Assembly (NCBI RefSeq): GCF_009914755.1
Contig: NC_060929.1
DNA length: 64,000 nt
Source of the DNA: the human T2T-CHM13v2.0 reference genome, Homo sapiens
Reading direction: 5' to 3' (one strand)
In this document: positions 27,056 to 42,001 of the stretch, piece by piece
How the letters are laid out: each line of letters opens with the position of its first letter
Position numbering within the stretch: the stretch's first letter is position 1
Notes under the pieces: model-generated
Databases searched by the model: none
Told to the model about the DNA's origin: nothing
The model's input: the letters and a program-made list of their open reading frames with translations, nothing else
Position numbers and translations under genes: made by a program

Positions 27056-27355
27056 GGCCAGGCGCGGTGGCTCACGACTGTAATCCCAGCACTTTGGGAG
27101 GCGGAGGCAGGCAGATCACCTGAGGTAAGGAGTTCGAGACCAGCTTGACCAACATGGAGAAACCCCGTCTCTATTAAAAATACAAAAATTAGCTGGGTGT
27201 GGTGGCAGGAGCCTGTAATCCCAGATACTTGGGAGGTTGAGGCAGGAGAATCACTTGAACTTGGGAGTCAGAGGTTGCAGTGAGCCAAGACCGTGCCACT
27301 GCACTCCAGCCTGGGCGACAAGAGCGAAACTCTGTCTCAAAAAAAAAAAAAAAAA

Positions 27356-27356
<1 letters not shown>
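27056..27356 (+). mobile_element. Alu SINE (AluSp-like)
   Basis: GACCAACATGGAGAAACCCC and GACAAGAGCGAAACTC diagnostics. Confidence 0.96.

Positions 27357-27357
<1 letters not shown>

Positions 27358-27401
<44 letters not shown>
27358..27401. repeat. (CA)n microsatellite at an Alu tail
   Basis: Uninterrupted AC run of ~22 units directly after the Alu poly(A). Confidence 0.97.
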
Positions 27402-27403
<2 letters not shown>

Positions 27404-30400
27404 CATGTGGCTGAACAATTGCACTCCTAGGTATTTATCTCAGAGATAGGAAATTTTTATGTCCACACAAAAACCTGTACATGGATGCTCATAATATTTG
27501 TATTTGGGTTATGTGTAGTAGCCCCAAATTGGAAACAACCAAAATATCCAACAATAAGTAGGTGACTAAGCCAACTGTGGTATAACCGCACCATAAAATA
27601 CTACTCAGCAATAAAAATGAATGAACTATTGATACATCCAACTTGGGTGGATCTCAAGGGCATCATGCTGAGTGAGAAAAGCCAGTCTTCGAATGCCACA
27701 CATGGTATAATTCCAGTTCTAAAACATTCTTAAAATGACAAATGTAAAGCTTTCTTAAAATGACAGATTGGTGATTGCCAGAGGTTAAGAGTGGTGAGAG
27801 GTTGGAGATGTTAGGAACATTGTCATGGTATGATAGTGCTGTATAGTGACTGTGGTGGTATTTACACTAGTGTGTGTGTGTGTGATAAAATGGCACACTG
27901 CAACAATGTCAATTTCCTGGTTTTGATAGTGTACCAGAGTTACATCAGATGCAACTATTGAGGAACACTGGCTGAAGAGTACAAGGGACTTCTCTGTACT
28001 ATTTTTGAAACATTCTGTGAATCCATAGTTATTTGAAAATGAAAGGTAAAATTTTAAAAAGCCATTTGGCAGTGAAGAATAAATTGACAATATAATCACA
28101 AAGTATGTAGAACTCAGAAATGGATCCAAATACAGTTGAGAAATTAGAATGGCATAAAGATGGCATTTCGATCAGTGCTAAAGGATAGATTGTTCAGAAC
28201 AGATAAAATTGGATGCCTACCTCAGTCATTTTACCAAAATACATTCCAAATTTATCAATGATATAAATGTAAATATAAAATAAATAAAATTGTAAGAATG
28301 AGACCTTCATGAATTTATTTACATTAGATTGAGGAGCGCTTTCTAGGAGGATATAAAAATCTGGATTTCATGAAAGAAAATACTGACACATTTGACTATT
28401 TAAAAACAAAAAACAAAAACCATCATAAACAGGGTCATGCAACTAACATCAAATTGAGACAAACAGTTTTACCATCTATGATGAAAGGTTAGTTTCTACA
28501 TTAGAAATGCTTACATAATACAGTATGAAAACAGAAGTTATTAGAATATAGGACGAAGGATATGAATAGGCAATTTACATAGAGCAAAATGAGAATAAAT
28601 TTGTGAAAAATATCCAACCTCACATTTTGTGTTTATGAATAGGAATACTTAATATTGTTAAGATGGCATCACTTCCCAAAGCAATCTACAGATTCAATGC
28701 ACTTCCTATCAAAACTCCAGCCACCTTTTCTGCAAAAATGGAGAAGCCAATCCTCAAATTCATACGGAATAGCAAGAGGGCTTGAATAGCCAAAATAATC
28801 TTGAAAAAGAAGAACAAAGTTGGAAGACTCACACTTAACCAATTTTTAAACTTACTACAAAGCTATGGTAATCAAAACAGTGGGGCATTGGCATAAGGAT
28901 AGATATAGACCAATGGATAAATTGAGAATTGAGAGTCAAACTCAATATCTACATGCCAAAGAATCAAACTGAACCTCTACCTCACACCAAATACAAAAAT
29001 TAATGCGAAACAGTGGCTTAAATATAACATCTGTAACTACAAAATTCTTAGAAGAAAACACAGATAAATCTTCATGACAATGGACTTAGAAGTGGATTCT
29101 TAGATATGACACCCAAAATACATGCAACGAAAGAAAAACCTTCATCAAAATGCAGTACAATTTCATCAAAACTTTTGTGTGTTAAAGGACATTATCAAAA
29201 AAGTAATACTACACCATACAGAATGCAAGAATACATTTTCAAATCATATATCTGACAATACTAATAGTAATTCAGAACATATCTAGAATATATAATCAAA
29301 TTAAAAAACGCTTACAACTCAACAATAAAAATACAAACAACCCTATTCAAAAATAAGCAAAGGACTTGAATCGACATTTTGCTGAAGAAGATACACAAAC
29401 AGCCAACAAGGATATGAAAAGATGCTCAACACTATTAATCATGCAACACACAAATCTAAACCACAGTGGAATACCACTTCACACCCACTAGGAAGGTTAA
29501 ACCAACAACAATAACAACCCAGAAAATAACAAGTGTTGATGAGGATGTGGAAAAATTGGAACCTTTGTACACTGCTGGTAGGAATGTAAAATTGTTCGGC
29601 TCCTGTGAAAATGTTTGGTGGTTCCTCAAAATCTTAAACAGATAATTACCATATGACCCAGCAAATTCACTCCCTGTTATATACCCCAAAGAAGTGAAAA
29701 CAGGAACTCAAATACATACATGTACGTTTACAACAACACTAATCACAATAGCCAAAGGTGAAAACAACCCAAATGCCCATCAAAAGATGAATAGGTAAAC
29801 AAACTGTGATACACACATGGAATGAAATTATTATTTATCCATAAAAGGAAATGAAGTACTGATACATATTACAATGTGGATGAACTGAAAAAAATATGCT
29901 AAATAAAGTAATCCAGACAAAAGGTGTTGTATAACTTACATGAAATATACAGAATATATAAAGCCATAGAGACAGAAAGCAGACTGGTGGTTCCCAGGAG
30001 CTGGGAGGAGGGGGAAATGGGGGATGAATGACTGCTCAATGGGTATAGGTTCTTTTGCGGTGATGAAAGTGTTCTGCAGCTGGATAAAGGTGGTGGTTGC
30101 ACAACGCTGTGAATTTATTAAATGCTACTGAGTTGTTCACTTAATTTTGTGCTATATGAATTTCACCTCAATATTCAACCTCATACATAATTAAAGTCAT
30201 TAAAATCCAAGCAAGATACTATTTTTGCCTATAGCATTGGTAGAACATTTAAAGTTTAACAATACTCTGTGCTGATGAAGATGTGTGGAAATAGAAACTT
30301 GTGTGTAATGTTACTGAGAGAATAAGTCGGCATCATTTTAAGGGCAATGTGGCAAAACTATCAGCAATTTAAGGGAAAGTTTTCATCTTTGACTAGGCAA

Positions 30401-31371
30401 GTCCATTGACAGAGTTTTTCCTTATAAACACACTCATGAATGTACGTGTAACTGTAACATTGTATATAATGGTAAAAATGGAAGCAGCGTAAGTATCGAT
30501 CAATTGAGGAGTGGTTGAAATAAATCATGGTACATTCACACAATGGAATACTATTCTAAAAAGAATGAGAAAGATCTGCATGTGACAATGTGATCTCTAT
30601 GATATATTATTCTTTGAAAATATAAGGTATGAGTAGTGTGACCTCATTTGTGTGAGTTTGTGGAGCATGGATACATTTTTTTTCTGTAAGGATATATAAT
30701 AATCTGTTAATTGTGGCTACTTTCCTCAAAAAGAACTAGAGGTAAAGGAAGGGAAAGAAAACCCAGTTTTCATTTTACATTTTTCCATCCTGGCTAATTT
30801 TCTTCTTACCACTAAATATAAACAAATTTACAGTTCTCCAATTCCCAAAGTCAAGAAGAAAATAACTTCTAAAGTCTGTTCTACACACAATGATTTTGGA
30901 ATTCTGTATATCTTTCTTTACTTCTCTACCCCTTCCTTAATTTTCCAGTCTTTATTAATGTAATCTGGGATTACAGAGATCATATTTTTGCACAGTTCTT
31001 TATTTTTTGGTGAAGCATAATATACATAAAAGTGCACGTATCACAAGTGATATGACATTTTTAACATTTTACTCTTTTTTTGAAAAATAATTTTTGGATT
31101 TGATTTTGTGACTATAATTTTAAATTTTCAGTGTCTCAATATATTTCATTGATTTTGGTGCTCACATAGACTTTCCTCTCTGGATTCTGATTTTGATTCC
31201 TTTTTTCCTTGACTGATTACATATGCTAAGCAGTTTTCTCAGAAATGCTAAGTAATATAGAGCCTGAGACACTGTACATCATCTGGAAATGTTGTTTCCA
31301 GTCTTCACCCAAGAATGACAGCACAGCCATATATGGAATTGTTGAGTACAACTTTTTCTATTCCAATTCTG

Positions 31372-31578
31372 AGCCTGGGCAACATAGCAAGACCCATTTC
31401 TACAAAAAAAAAAAATAGCTGGGCATACTGGTGTCTGCCTGTAGTCTCAGCTACTTGGGAGGCTGAGGCAGGAGGATCACTTTAGCCCAAAAGTTCAAAG
31501 TTACAGAGAGCTATGACTGTCATAGCATTCCAGCCTGGACACAGAGCAAGACCCATCTCAACAACAAAACAAAACAAA
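31372..31578 (+). mobile_element. 5'-truncated AluJ
   Basis: GGCAACATAGCAAGACCC, GGAGGATCACTT, CTATGACTG; flanked by AATTCTG on both sides. Confidence 0.9.
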
Positions 31579-31889
31579 TTCTGTAGGCACAGTTCCACTG
31601 TCTTCTGATGCTTAGAACCATGGAGAAATTTGAGGCTATTTTGCTTTTGGATAATTTGCAGATATTGGTCACATGACTGTTTATGGTAGATTTTTTCCCC
31701 CTTGAATGCTTGTAGAATAGATTTTTACCCTTTAAATTAAAATAACTTGCTACATGAAATCCAGGTGGCGTTTTCCAATTTACCTTGAATTCAACGAGTC
31801 CTTTGATAGAAAGACAGAACTTTCTCAGTAAACTTTTCTTATATCATATGTTCAATTATCCTCAAGATTCTTTCCCATTTATTCTACTT

Positions 31890-32170
31890 CAGTGCTTGGA
31901 ATTGTGCCAGGCACTGAGAATGCAGGAGTTCATAAGACATGGTTTCTGATCTCACCAAACTTTAGTTCAATGGGAAAGACAGACAGCTGATCAAGTAATT
32001 ACAATGAAGAGTGATGACAGTTACAAGAGAGAAGTTCCAGATGAGATGGATCACAGGCTGCATGATTGCTCTTAGCTTGGGGTAACTGGGAAGGTCTCAT
32101 TAGCCTATGTGGGGATGGGGAATTGGACAAGGTTAGCAGAGGGTTCCAGGCAAAGGAAACAGCATTTATT
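31890..32170 (-). mobile_element. L2 relic
   Basis: TGTGCCAGGCACTG...AAGACATGGT...GGGAAAGACAGACA...TTCCAGGCAAAGGAAACAGCA. Confidence 0.6.
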
Positions 32171-32644
32171 AAGAAGTTGGGAATGCCTGAATCTTAGGGG
32201 AAGTGCGGTATTGTTGTAAAAGCTAAGTATTATTATTTGGGGAGGTGGGTGGGTGTCAGTTTCCTCTTTTGTCTATCCAATGTCTGTTTCCATCTGCAGA
32301 TAAGGTCTTGGGAGCTCCTTAGATCTGAGCCCAATCTGCTTGCATTTTTGACAGCTTCTCTGTGCCCCAAGCATGAAGTCCAAGCTGATGTAACCAGCCT
32401 GCAGCTGGGGCTAGGACAGCAAGAGGGCACATAATTCATGCTGCTGTGTGCTCCGGTCCTGCAGTGGGAAGACTCCCAGCTTTACAGAGGGAGCTGAGAA
32501 GGGGGACCCTGGCCCTCTGCTGTCACGCTCTCCTCTGTTGATCTCATGTGGGGAAACAACTCCGCCCTGTGCTGGGCCAGCATCAGCAACAGCATCAGGT
32601 GACTTTGTTATTCCCACAGCAACAGCAGTGCTGTAAATGAGTAT

Positions 32645-32660
32645 CTACCACCTGCTGGCA
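32645..32660 (-). promoter_or_regulatory. CTCF-like motif
   Basis: Minus strand TGCCAGCAGGTGGTAG versus the CCASYAGRKGGCR consensus (one core mismatch). Confidence 0.25.
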
Positions 32661-32827
32661 GATGATTTATCTACTTGATTGCAAGCTCTCAGAGGGCAGG
32701 AATTGTATGTACCTTATGTCACCACCACCACCTGGCAGAGGGTCTGGGAGAGTGCCGTGGCTCTGGCATTAACTACAAATATCCTTTTTTTTAAAAAAAA
32801 AAAAGGACTTGTTTTCCCTCCCATTTA

Positions 32828-33199
<372 letters not shown>

Positions 33200-34524
33200 T
33201 CAGAAACCCAACCCAGCTAAGGCAGCCACATCCCACAGCCCTGCTTGAAGGCAAAGCAAGACCATCGAGCCCACCTAGGTAGGTGATGACGTGTGGAGGT
33301 GTGGGTAGGGGTGGGGAGTGGGAGGAGGTAACAAGGGGGTATGAAGTGGAGTGGGGTGAAAGGAGAGCCAGAAATGGCACCCAAAATGCAGCTGCTGCTG
33401 ACCTGCCTCTCTGCTTCCACAATAAGATGAGGGCAGGTTTTTAAACAGTTTGTGCCTCAGTTTCTCAGCACGAAACCCGGAATATGTGAGTGCTGGTTCT
33501 CTCTGCCCCAGTGAGCTGGGCTGCTTGGATTCAGCCTCTGACTCTCCCAGGAAGGAGCTCCAGTCAAGGATCCTGGCATCTTGCTTGGTGCAATGACACA
33601 CTCTTTTCTCCAGTGGGGTCCACATGGTGCCAGTTACAGTGCTCAGTGGGGACGAGCCCGCCTTGCTGGGTGAGTGACGTGGGTCTGTGCCACAGTGGGA
33701 GTGCTGCAGACACTGAGCCACCAGGCTGAGTAAACACTGTGCTCCAAATCAGTCGAACGTCTAAAAACCGTCCTGCCCCCCACCCTCAGTGCACAGGCTG
33801 TGGCCTCTTTCTCCCCGGGCCCGGGCCCTGGAGCACGGCTCACCCTGCTGCCTCTCTGCACAGGCTTGCTGCTGCCAGCCGGCCTCCACGAACACTTCTA
33901 CTGTCTCCTGACCTCTCCACAGCCAGAGGACACGAGGGACGCCCCTTGCAGATACTTCCAATGTGCTGACTGCTGGCACCAGAGGACAGTGCTGCCCCCA
34001 TCCCGCCCTGGCTCCATGAGGGCAAGGGGACTGTGCGGGCGGCGGTGAGGTGGGCAGTCAGCAGACTGTCCCACGCCACATCTGTGCCCGAGCCCTGCTG
34101 CACAAGGGGATGCAGAAGAGTGAGCACGAGGTTCTTGCCCACAGAGAGCTCCCAGCCTAGCGGGAGGTAGACAGGCAAACAAGAAAGACTGAAAACTCCT
34201 CGAGGGCACAACTGCAGACATCAGGGGCAGGATAAGGGAGAGGAGGTACTGGGTGAGGCCAGGGAGGGCTTCCGAGGGAGGTGATTCCAGGGCTGGATGG
34301 GACCAGAGAGAGCTTTCAGGAGGTGAAGTCAGAGCTGGGCCCTGAAGGATGGGACCAGGGAGGGCGGACGAAGCTGGGGCAGAGCCAGAGATCCAGAAAC
34401 AGTAGGCCAAGTCATGAGAGTCCCAAACATCAGCTGCCCCAGTGCCATTCTCACTGAGTCTAAACCCTCCCATTCATTCATTCATTCATTCATTCGCTCG
34501 TTGACTACATACTGGTGACCTACT

Positions 34525-34664
34525 GTTGCCAGGGACCCAATATAGACAAGAGATGAGCATCCAGGTTGTTGTACATCTGGATTGCTTACATAATGTGTAA
34601 AACATGATGACCAACTAGTTGCCAGGGACCCAATATAGACAAGAGATGAGCATCCGGGTTGTTG
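34525..34664. repeat. 47-bp direct repeat separated by a ~46-bp spacer
   Basis: GTTGCCAGGGACCCAATATAGACAAGAGATGAGCATCC(A/G)GGTTGTTG at 34525-34571 and 34618-34664. Confidence 0.95.
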
Positions 34665-34994
34665 AGAGGTTCAGTCTTAGAGATGCGCAAAGAGACAGCC
34701 CTGCAGCTGGCCTGCCTCCCTCAGGAGGCTCCCCGGGCCTCCATCGTGGCTGACCGGAGCTCGGCACCTGTCTTCTCCTTGGTGCCTGGATCAGCTTGGC
34801 CTTGGGGAAAACCCCGAGGGAGGCAGTGCTGCTGGTCTGGCTGCTGGGAGTGAGCCCGGAGGGGTGGGGCCCAGGAGGAGATGTAGTTGGACCAGGATGA
34901 TACGGAGGGGTTAGAGGGAGATGGGTGGCTTCCACAGGTATTCAGCAGACAGGATTAACCATACCCATGCCTATTTTAAAATCATTTGTATGTG

Positions 34995-35120
34995 CTGAGT
35001 GCTTTGTGAACATTATCTCACTTAATCGTTTCAAGCCGGTAGTAGTATCCTTCCCATTTCACAGATGAGGAAACTGAGGTTCAGAGATTAAATAACTTGT
35101 CCAAGGTCACACAGTTAAGT
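34995..35120 (-). mobile_element. MIR
   Basis: CCCATTTCACAGATGAGGAAACTGAGGTTCAGAGATTAAATAACTTGTCCAAGGTCACACAG. Confidence 0.85.
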
Positions 35121-36469
35121 AGGTAACTGATGAGATCTGGAGTGGGAGTTGCTAAGGATGACCCCGGAATCTAGTTTAAGCACACAGCCCCCAGGGCAGG
35201 GGCTGCATTCTCAGATGGAGAGCATAGCAGGGAGGAGCTGAGGGTGAGGGCAGGCTGTCAACACACAGGATGATGGCAAAGCCTCCGGTTCAGGCCCATC
35301 ACAACCTGACCACAGCCCGAGATCTGGCCTCCTCTCCTCTCTCAGCCCTCCCCAGGTATAATTCTTTCCCAGGAGACCTGGAGCTTCCTGAGACTTAGGG
35401 GCCTTGTGCAGTTCAGCATGAGCATAGGACCTGCCACCAAATAGTGCTTGTTGAATGAATCACGATCTGATTCACTCAGCACTGTCAGCAGTGTCAGCAG
35501 CGTTTGGTCCTGAAAGGAGGCTTGTGCTTACTGGAATGCTGGGCGAGGCGGTGCCAGTCTTTCCCAACGGATGGCTCTTCTGGATGTACATACAACACAT
35601 ACAACACACATGCATCTGTTCAACAGAAGGATGTAAACAGACACACTCACACAAAACATACACAGACATGCACACATGTGTGCACACACATGCCAATCTA
35701 AGCTCAGAGGCTTGACCCTGCTGATTACTGCCTTCAGACTGACGCCAAGAAGTCCTGCCTTCCTCGCTACGTGTACCTCGCCAGTATTTTTACAGGTAAA
35801 GAATCTGACCTCTTTCTAGTAGCAGAGCTGTGCTTCCGATCACTGCCCAAAGGGGGAAATCACGCCCGCAACATTCTGGATTCTCCCTCTGGGAGAAAAC
35901 CACAGCCCTGCCTCCCCATTCCATCCCCCATTCCCCCAGCGAGATATCATTATACAGCAGAAAACCACAGGATCCATATCAGACGGAAATCCAACCCTCA
36001 ACGATAAAGCGACATTTGAAAGAATGCTCAAGAACAGCCCCGTCTGATTAGACGGGGAATACTCATTTCTACAGGGAGTTATGCCTCCCTCACCTTGCTG
36101 CCCGCTTCATCCAGGCCAAGGAGACGGAGTTCATTAGCAGAACACATGTGGCTTGTCTCCACCATTAGGATAAAGATCACAAAATACCCGCAGAAACGAG
36201 GACGTTCTGAACCTGGGCTGCAACAACAACCTCTGACTTGGGCCCAAAGAAAATTGCATTTTTTCTGTCAAGTTCAATTAATAAACATTTATTCAGAGCC
36301 TATTATTTATTCGGGTTTGTTTTTCAGTCCTGGGCCTCTCTGTCAAGAGTTTCTCCTCACTTCAGGATGGGCCCTGAGGAAGGAGCCCTGGGCTGCCAGT
36401 GAGTGGGGCTGCAGAAGTCAGGCCTGTGGAGGACCCAGTGTCTGGAGGACTTGGCACTCATGTGCCCTG

Positions 36470-36620
36470 ATTCAAACCCTAGGTCTGCCACTTGGTTACT
36501 GTGTGATCTTGGATAAGTTACCTAACTTCTCTGTGTCTTGGTTTCATAATGTGTAAAATGTGATAATGATAGCACCTACCTCAGGGTGGTGAGGACTGAA
36601 TGATATAATACACATAGAAT
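36470..36620 (+). mobile_element. MIR
   Basis: CTGTGTGATCTTGGATAAGTTACCTAACTTCTCTGTG...TGTAAAATG..ATAATGATAGCACCTACCTCA. Confidence 0.82.
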
Positions 36621-38029
36621 ATGAGACTGTATGTATTCTTTGAAGGTTGGCTCTTATTATTACTACCATCAGGATAATTATCCGGCTAGCTGGGACCTCT
36701 CATGTGGGCTCCACCCTCAGTTTTCTTGCCCTATTAGACTTAAGGCTTGAAGTTCCTCCATGCAGTGGAGTCCTTCCCCTACGTTCCAGCTTTCCTGGAG
36801 AGATCCTGATTCTGTTGTCCCCTTAGCAAGAAACTGGAACCAGCCCCTGTGCACCTATCTCGGCCATGGGGTCTCACTCTAGCATGAGTGCCACTTGCCC
36901 CAGCTGCCTGGTATCGGCCTGCTGCCCTCAGGCAGAGCCACCTACTCAACCCCCACTCAAACCCACTGGTGCTTGGGTGCCAGGCGGCTGGCCAGCCCTT
37001 TCACCAGCCTCCCAGCCCCACAGTGACCCACGCTGTGGAGCCTAAGCTGTGGCCACACCAAGTCCTTTGTAGGTGGCAGGCTGGAGATGGAGAGGATTAG
37101 AGAGAGAAGATCAGAAACAAGCCTCCAGTCCGTGCAGCACCCTCTGCTTGTCGGCACTGGGAGGCAGGCCTGGCCTAAATCCTTGGTTGTTACGCCTGCA
37201 CAGTAAGCCATGTGGCCCTGATTCTGGCAGGACTGCAGAGATCCAGGTATCATGCAAAGACTAGGATCATGCAATTACAGGTTTACTGTCACCACCCCCA
37301 GCCTGCCCCACAGCTCTAGAATGGAAGCCCCAGGAGAGCAAGGACTCTGCCTGCCTCATCCACTTCATAGTGCTTGGAATGAAGTCTGACCTATGGCAGA
37401 TGCTCAAGAAACACTTGTGGAATGAACGCAGCAAACACAGTTGCCCCATCCTGTCTGCTCCCTGTCCTCCTCCACCCAGGCGTTGGCACTCGCTTTTAAG
37501 GTGAGGGGCATCACCCGGTGTCTAACGTGGCTGTGGCCATGCCAAAGTTCAGTGGCTGCTACCTGCTGGCCCTCTGTCCCTCAGTCCCTAGAGCCAAATG
37601 TCTTCTCTGACTGGGTTTTTGCTCTCAGTTGCTCAGGAACTCTGTTCTCGTCAAGGTTGACATTGGTCTAACGTTAAGCCGAAGAGCCAGTCGCATGGAG
37701 GGTCAGTGGCTGAGGACACAGGAACAGCAGAGCCAAGGCGAGCCTCCACCCTTCTCTCCCATGCAAAGCTGAGGTCACCGGTAACGACAGTAAACACTGA
37801 CTGCAAACCTGTTCTGTGCCAGGCACTGGGCTCGGCACCACGACCTGAATTATCTCCTTTAATCTGCACAGCAAACCCTGGGGTCACTATGATTAGCATC
37901 AGCCTGTTTTGTAGATGAGAAAGTGCTGGGGGGCAGTGGGTTGCAGACTGGGCATCCCTATGCCTCCCCATGTGCTGGCCCAGTCCCTAATGTCGGCGTG
38001 TGGGGTTTCCTCCTCTTCTCCCCACCTCG

Positions 38030-38471
38030 TGTTAAAGCAAACTAAATATGGCCTGAGAAGGACTCAGTACTTCTATATCTGAGTCCTTGTGGATGAACCA
38101 TAACCTAGCTTAATAGGCAGGCAAAACTGAAAACCTAACTTACTAGTATGCACCTGTAACAACAGCTGAGTCTTGGCCAATCCCAGCGGCCATCCTTCAA
38201 CCACTCATAGACCGCTGAGTGTTCAAACTGCGTTCAAATAAGGCAAACGCCGAGCTGTAACCAGTCTCACTCTTTCTGTACCGCACCTCTGATTCCTGTG
38301 TGTCACTTTACCCTTTTTGTCTATAAATTCGTTCTGACCACGAGGCACCCCTGGAGTCTCTCTGAATCTGCTGTGATTCTGGAGGCTGCTGGATTCACAA
38401 ATCATTTCTTTTTCTCTTTTTTGTTTTCTCAAGTAAACTCCATCAAATTTAACTTGCCTGAAGTTCTAACA
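38030..38471 (+). mobile_element. ERV1 solo LTR (MER57A-type)
   Basis: TG...CA termini (TGTTAAAGCAAACTAAATATGGCCTGAGAAGGACTC ... TTCTAACA), CCAAT and TATAAA boxes, AGTAAA poly(A)-like signal, 4-bp TSD CTCG/CTTG. Confidence 0.85.
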
Positions 38472-38716
38472 CTTGTTTTCAGTCTCAGGGAAAAGCTGAA
38501 CCAAGAACTGTTTTCAGCAAGTCTGAGTTTCTACCGCAGTCTCGTCACTTATCAGCCACACGGCTTAGGGAAAGCATACCACGCTCCTCACTTTCCTCTT
38601 CTATGAAATGGGGGGAATAGATGCACTTCCGTGGGGCTGCCAAGCAGATCAAACAAGAGCGCCCGTGGGCAGCACTCGTGCCAGCACAGGCCATATGGGA
38701 CAGGTGGTCAGTGAAG

Positions 38717-39098
38717 CCTCCACTCCCTCCTCCCCTGCCCCTCCTCTCTTTCCTCCTCCCCTCCCCCCTTTCCCCCTCCCCTCCCTGAGATGTGACCTCC
38801 CTTCTCCCCTCCCCCGCTCTTTCCTCCTCCCCTCCCCACCTCTATCCTCCTCCCCTCCCCCGCTCTTTCCTCCTCCCCTCCCCCCTTTTTCCTCCTCTCC
38901 TCCCCCTCCTCACTTTCCTCCTCCCCTCCCTGAGATGTGACCTCCCTCCTCCCCTCTCCCACTCTTTCTCCTTCCCCTCCCCCCTTCCCCCCCTTTCCTC
39001 CTCCCCTCCCTGAGATGTGACCTCCCTCCTCCCCTGCCCCTCCTCTCTTTCCCCCTCCCCTCTCCCCCACTTTCCCCCTCCCCTCCCTGAGATGTGAC
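38717..39098. repeat. C-rich polypyrimidine minisatellite with a fixed anchor
   Basis: Almost pure C/T strand; CCCTCCCTGAGATGTGAC occurs four times (TGAGATGTGAC at 38786, 38931, 39011, 39088). Confidence 0.93.
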
Positions 39099-39664
39099 TC
39101 TGTCCTTCGGGCTACAGCACAAGGGGAATGTGGGCTTTGGGCCTTGAAAGGGCAAAGAATCTCCCAAACAATGAGAAACTTGCTCCACTTTGGGGTGGTC
39201 TTCATGCCCATCCTGCGGGGAGGGCTGACCTCATGGGGGTCTTGGTTATTTTCAATTTATTTGTAGAACCTGAAACAGAGTTCCATTCCCAAGGAAAACC
39301 CTCATGGAAGCAGAAATAAAAACAGAATGTCTCCCTCCCTGGCGTGGGGGGGTCACAGGATCCCAACCCCAGGGAGCCGCAGGGCCCAGCCCAGGAGGGG
39401 ATAACTAGTGTTCTTTGTTGACCAGGAGGCTTAAAACACTCTCTGCTCCCTTGTTTCCATTTTCTCTTAATAAATAGGCTGGTCTGGGGAAAAAGGTTCT
39501 GGAACTGTGAAAAGTTCCCACAGTGTAACCCAAACTGTTTTTGAAGTGCAATATCAGTAAAAACGGTCATGATTTGGTTTTTGGAGATATAGGTTGACCT
39601 AATGAGTATGCGCAATAAGAAAAATATTTCTCTATAGGAGAAGAGCAACACGTAACTGGGCAGA

Positions 39665-39840
39665 CACTGGACTTGGATCTGGAAGAACCTGGATTTCCAA
39701 CCAGAACCCGCCCTTACTAGCTGTGTGATGTTTCTCAAATCACTCAGCCTCTCTGAGCTCATTTTCTTTATCCATAAGGTGGGAGTAATTATATCTGTGT
39801 AGGGAAACCGAATTTGGTAATGGATTAAAGTCTCAGCACA
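39665..39840 (+). mobile_element. MIR
   Basis: CTTACTAGCTGTGTGA...CACTCAGCCTCTCTGAGCTCATTTTCTT. Confidence 0.7.
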
Positions 39841-39967
39841 AGATAAGCATGCTACCCACTCCACACCATCAAAGTCTGCCTTCTCCTCTCATGCAGATGT
39901 TTTCCAAAGGCCCTGCCCACTGCCATTTGTCGGAAACAGAAATTCACTCCATTAACAGAGCAGACAG

Positions 39968-40419
<452 letters not shown>

Positions 40420-41237
40420 TCAGCTTCTCCAGTAAAATGAGGACTTTATCTCAGGGCCCTTCACTTTCCCCAGTCCTGAGATTGTATAAAAACGTAGCTA
40501 ATCCTTATGCCCACATCTCCAAGCAAGATTTTGAAGAGCGCACAGTGTCTGGATAATAGGTGAGCCCCTGGGGCTCCGAGAAGGACAGTTCCCAGCTCTG
40601 TGCAAGGAACATGCTGTCTGAAGGGACTCACCCAGCACCCAGCACCTTCTAGGTACAAAGCTCCTGCACGTTCTTGCCCGAATCCTGACACTTCCCACAG
40701 GCAGCTGCATTTTCCCAAAAGCCACTCTGACTGGCTCTTCTGCTTAACGTTAGACACGATGTCAGCCTTGACAGTAACAGAGCTGCTGAGCAACTGAGAG
40801 CAAAAACAAGTCAGAAAAGACATTTGGCTCTGGGGACTGAGGGCCAGAGGGCCAGCAGGTAGCAGCTACGTGGGCAGCTCAGACAAGCAAGCGTGCCCAA
40901 AGGTGGCCCATTCAGAGGCACATCATCCCCCCGCTGTCTGCACGTCCCTGAGCCACAGCAACCCAGCAGGCCGGGAGCTGGGAGGGACGGGACCTGTCAG
41001 CACCTACCCACTCACCCACCCCCACGTGGTCGCCATCCATCAGCCTCCCCATGTTTCTGGAAGATGCAGGGAATAAAATCACTCTGCATTTCCACGTAAC
41101 GCCGGGGACTGTCACTGAAGACCCCAAACTGTCCCTTGTCCTCTGGCAATACAGTTAGGATAAATTACCAGACTATGTCATTATAATTGTAGTATAATTA
41201 CTGAGTATAATTATAAATAATTATAAATCATGATTAT

Positions 41238-42001
<764 letters not shown>

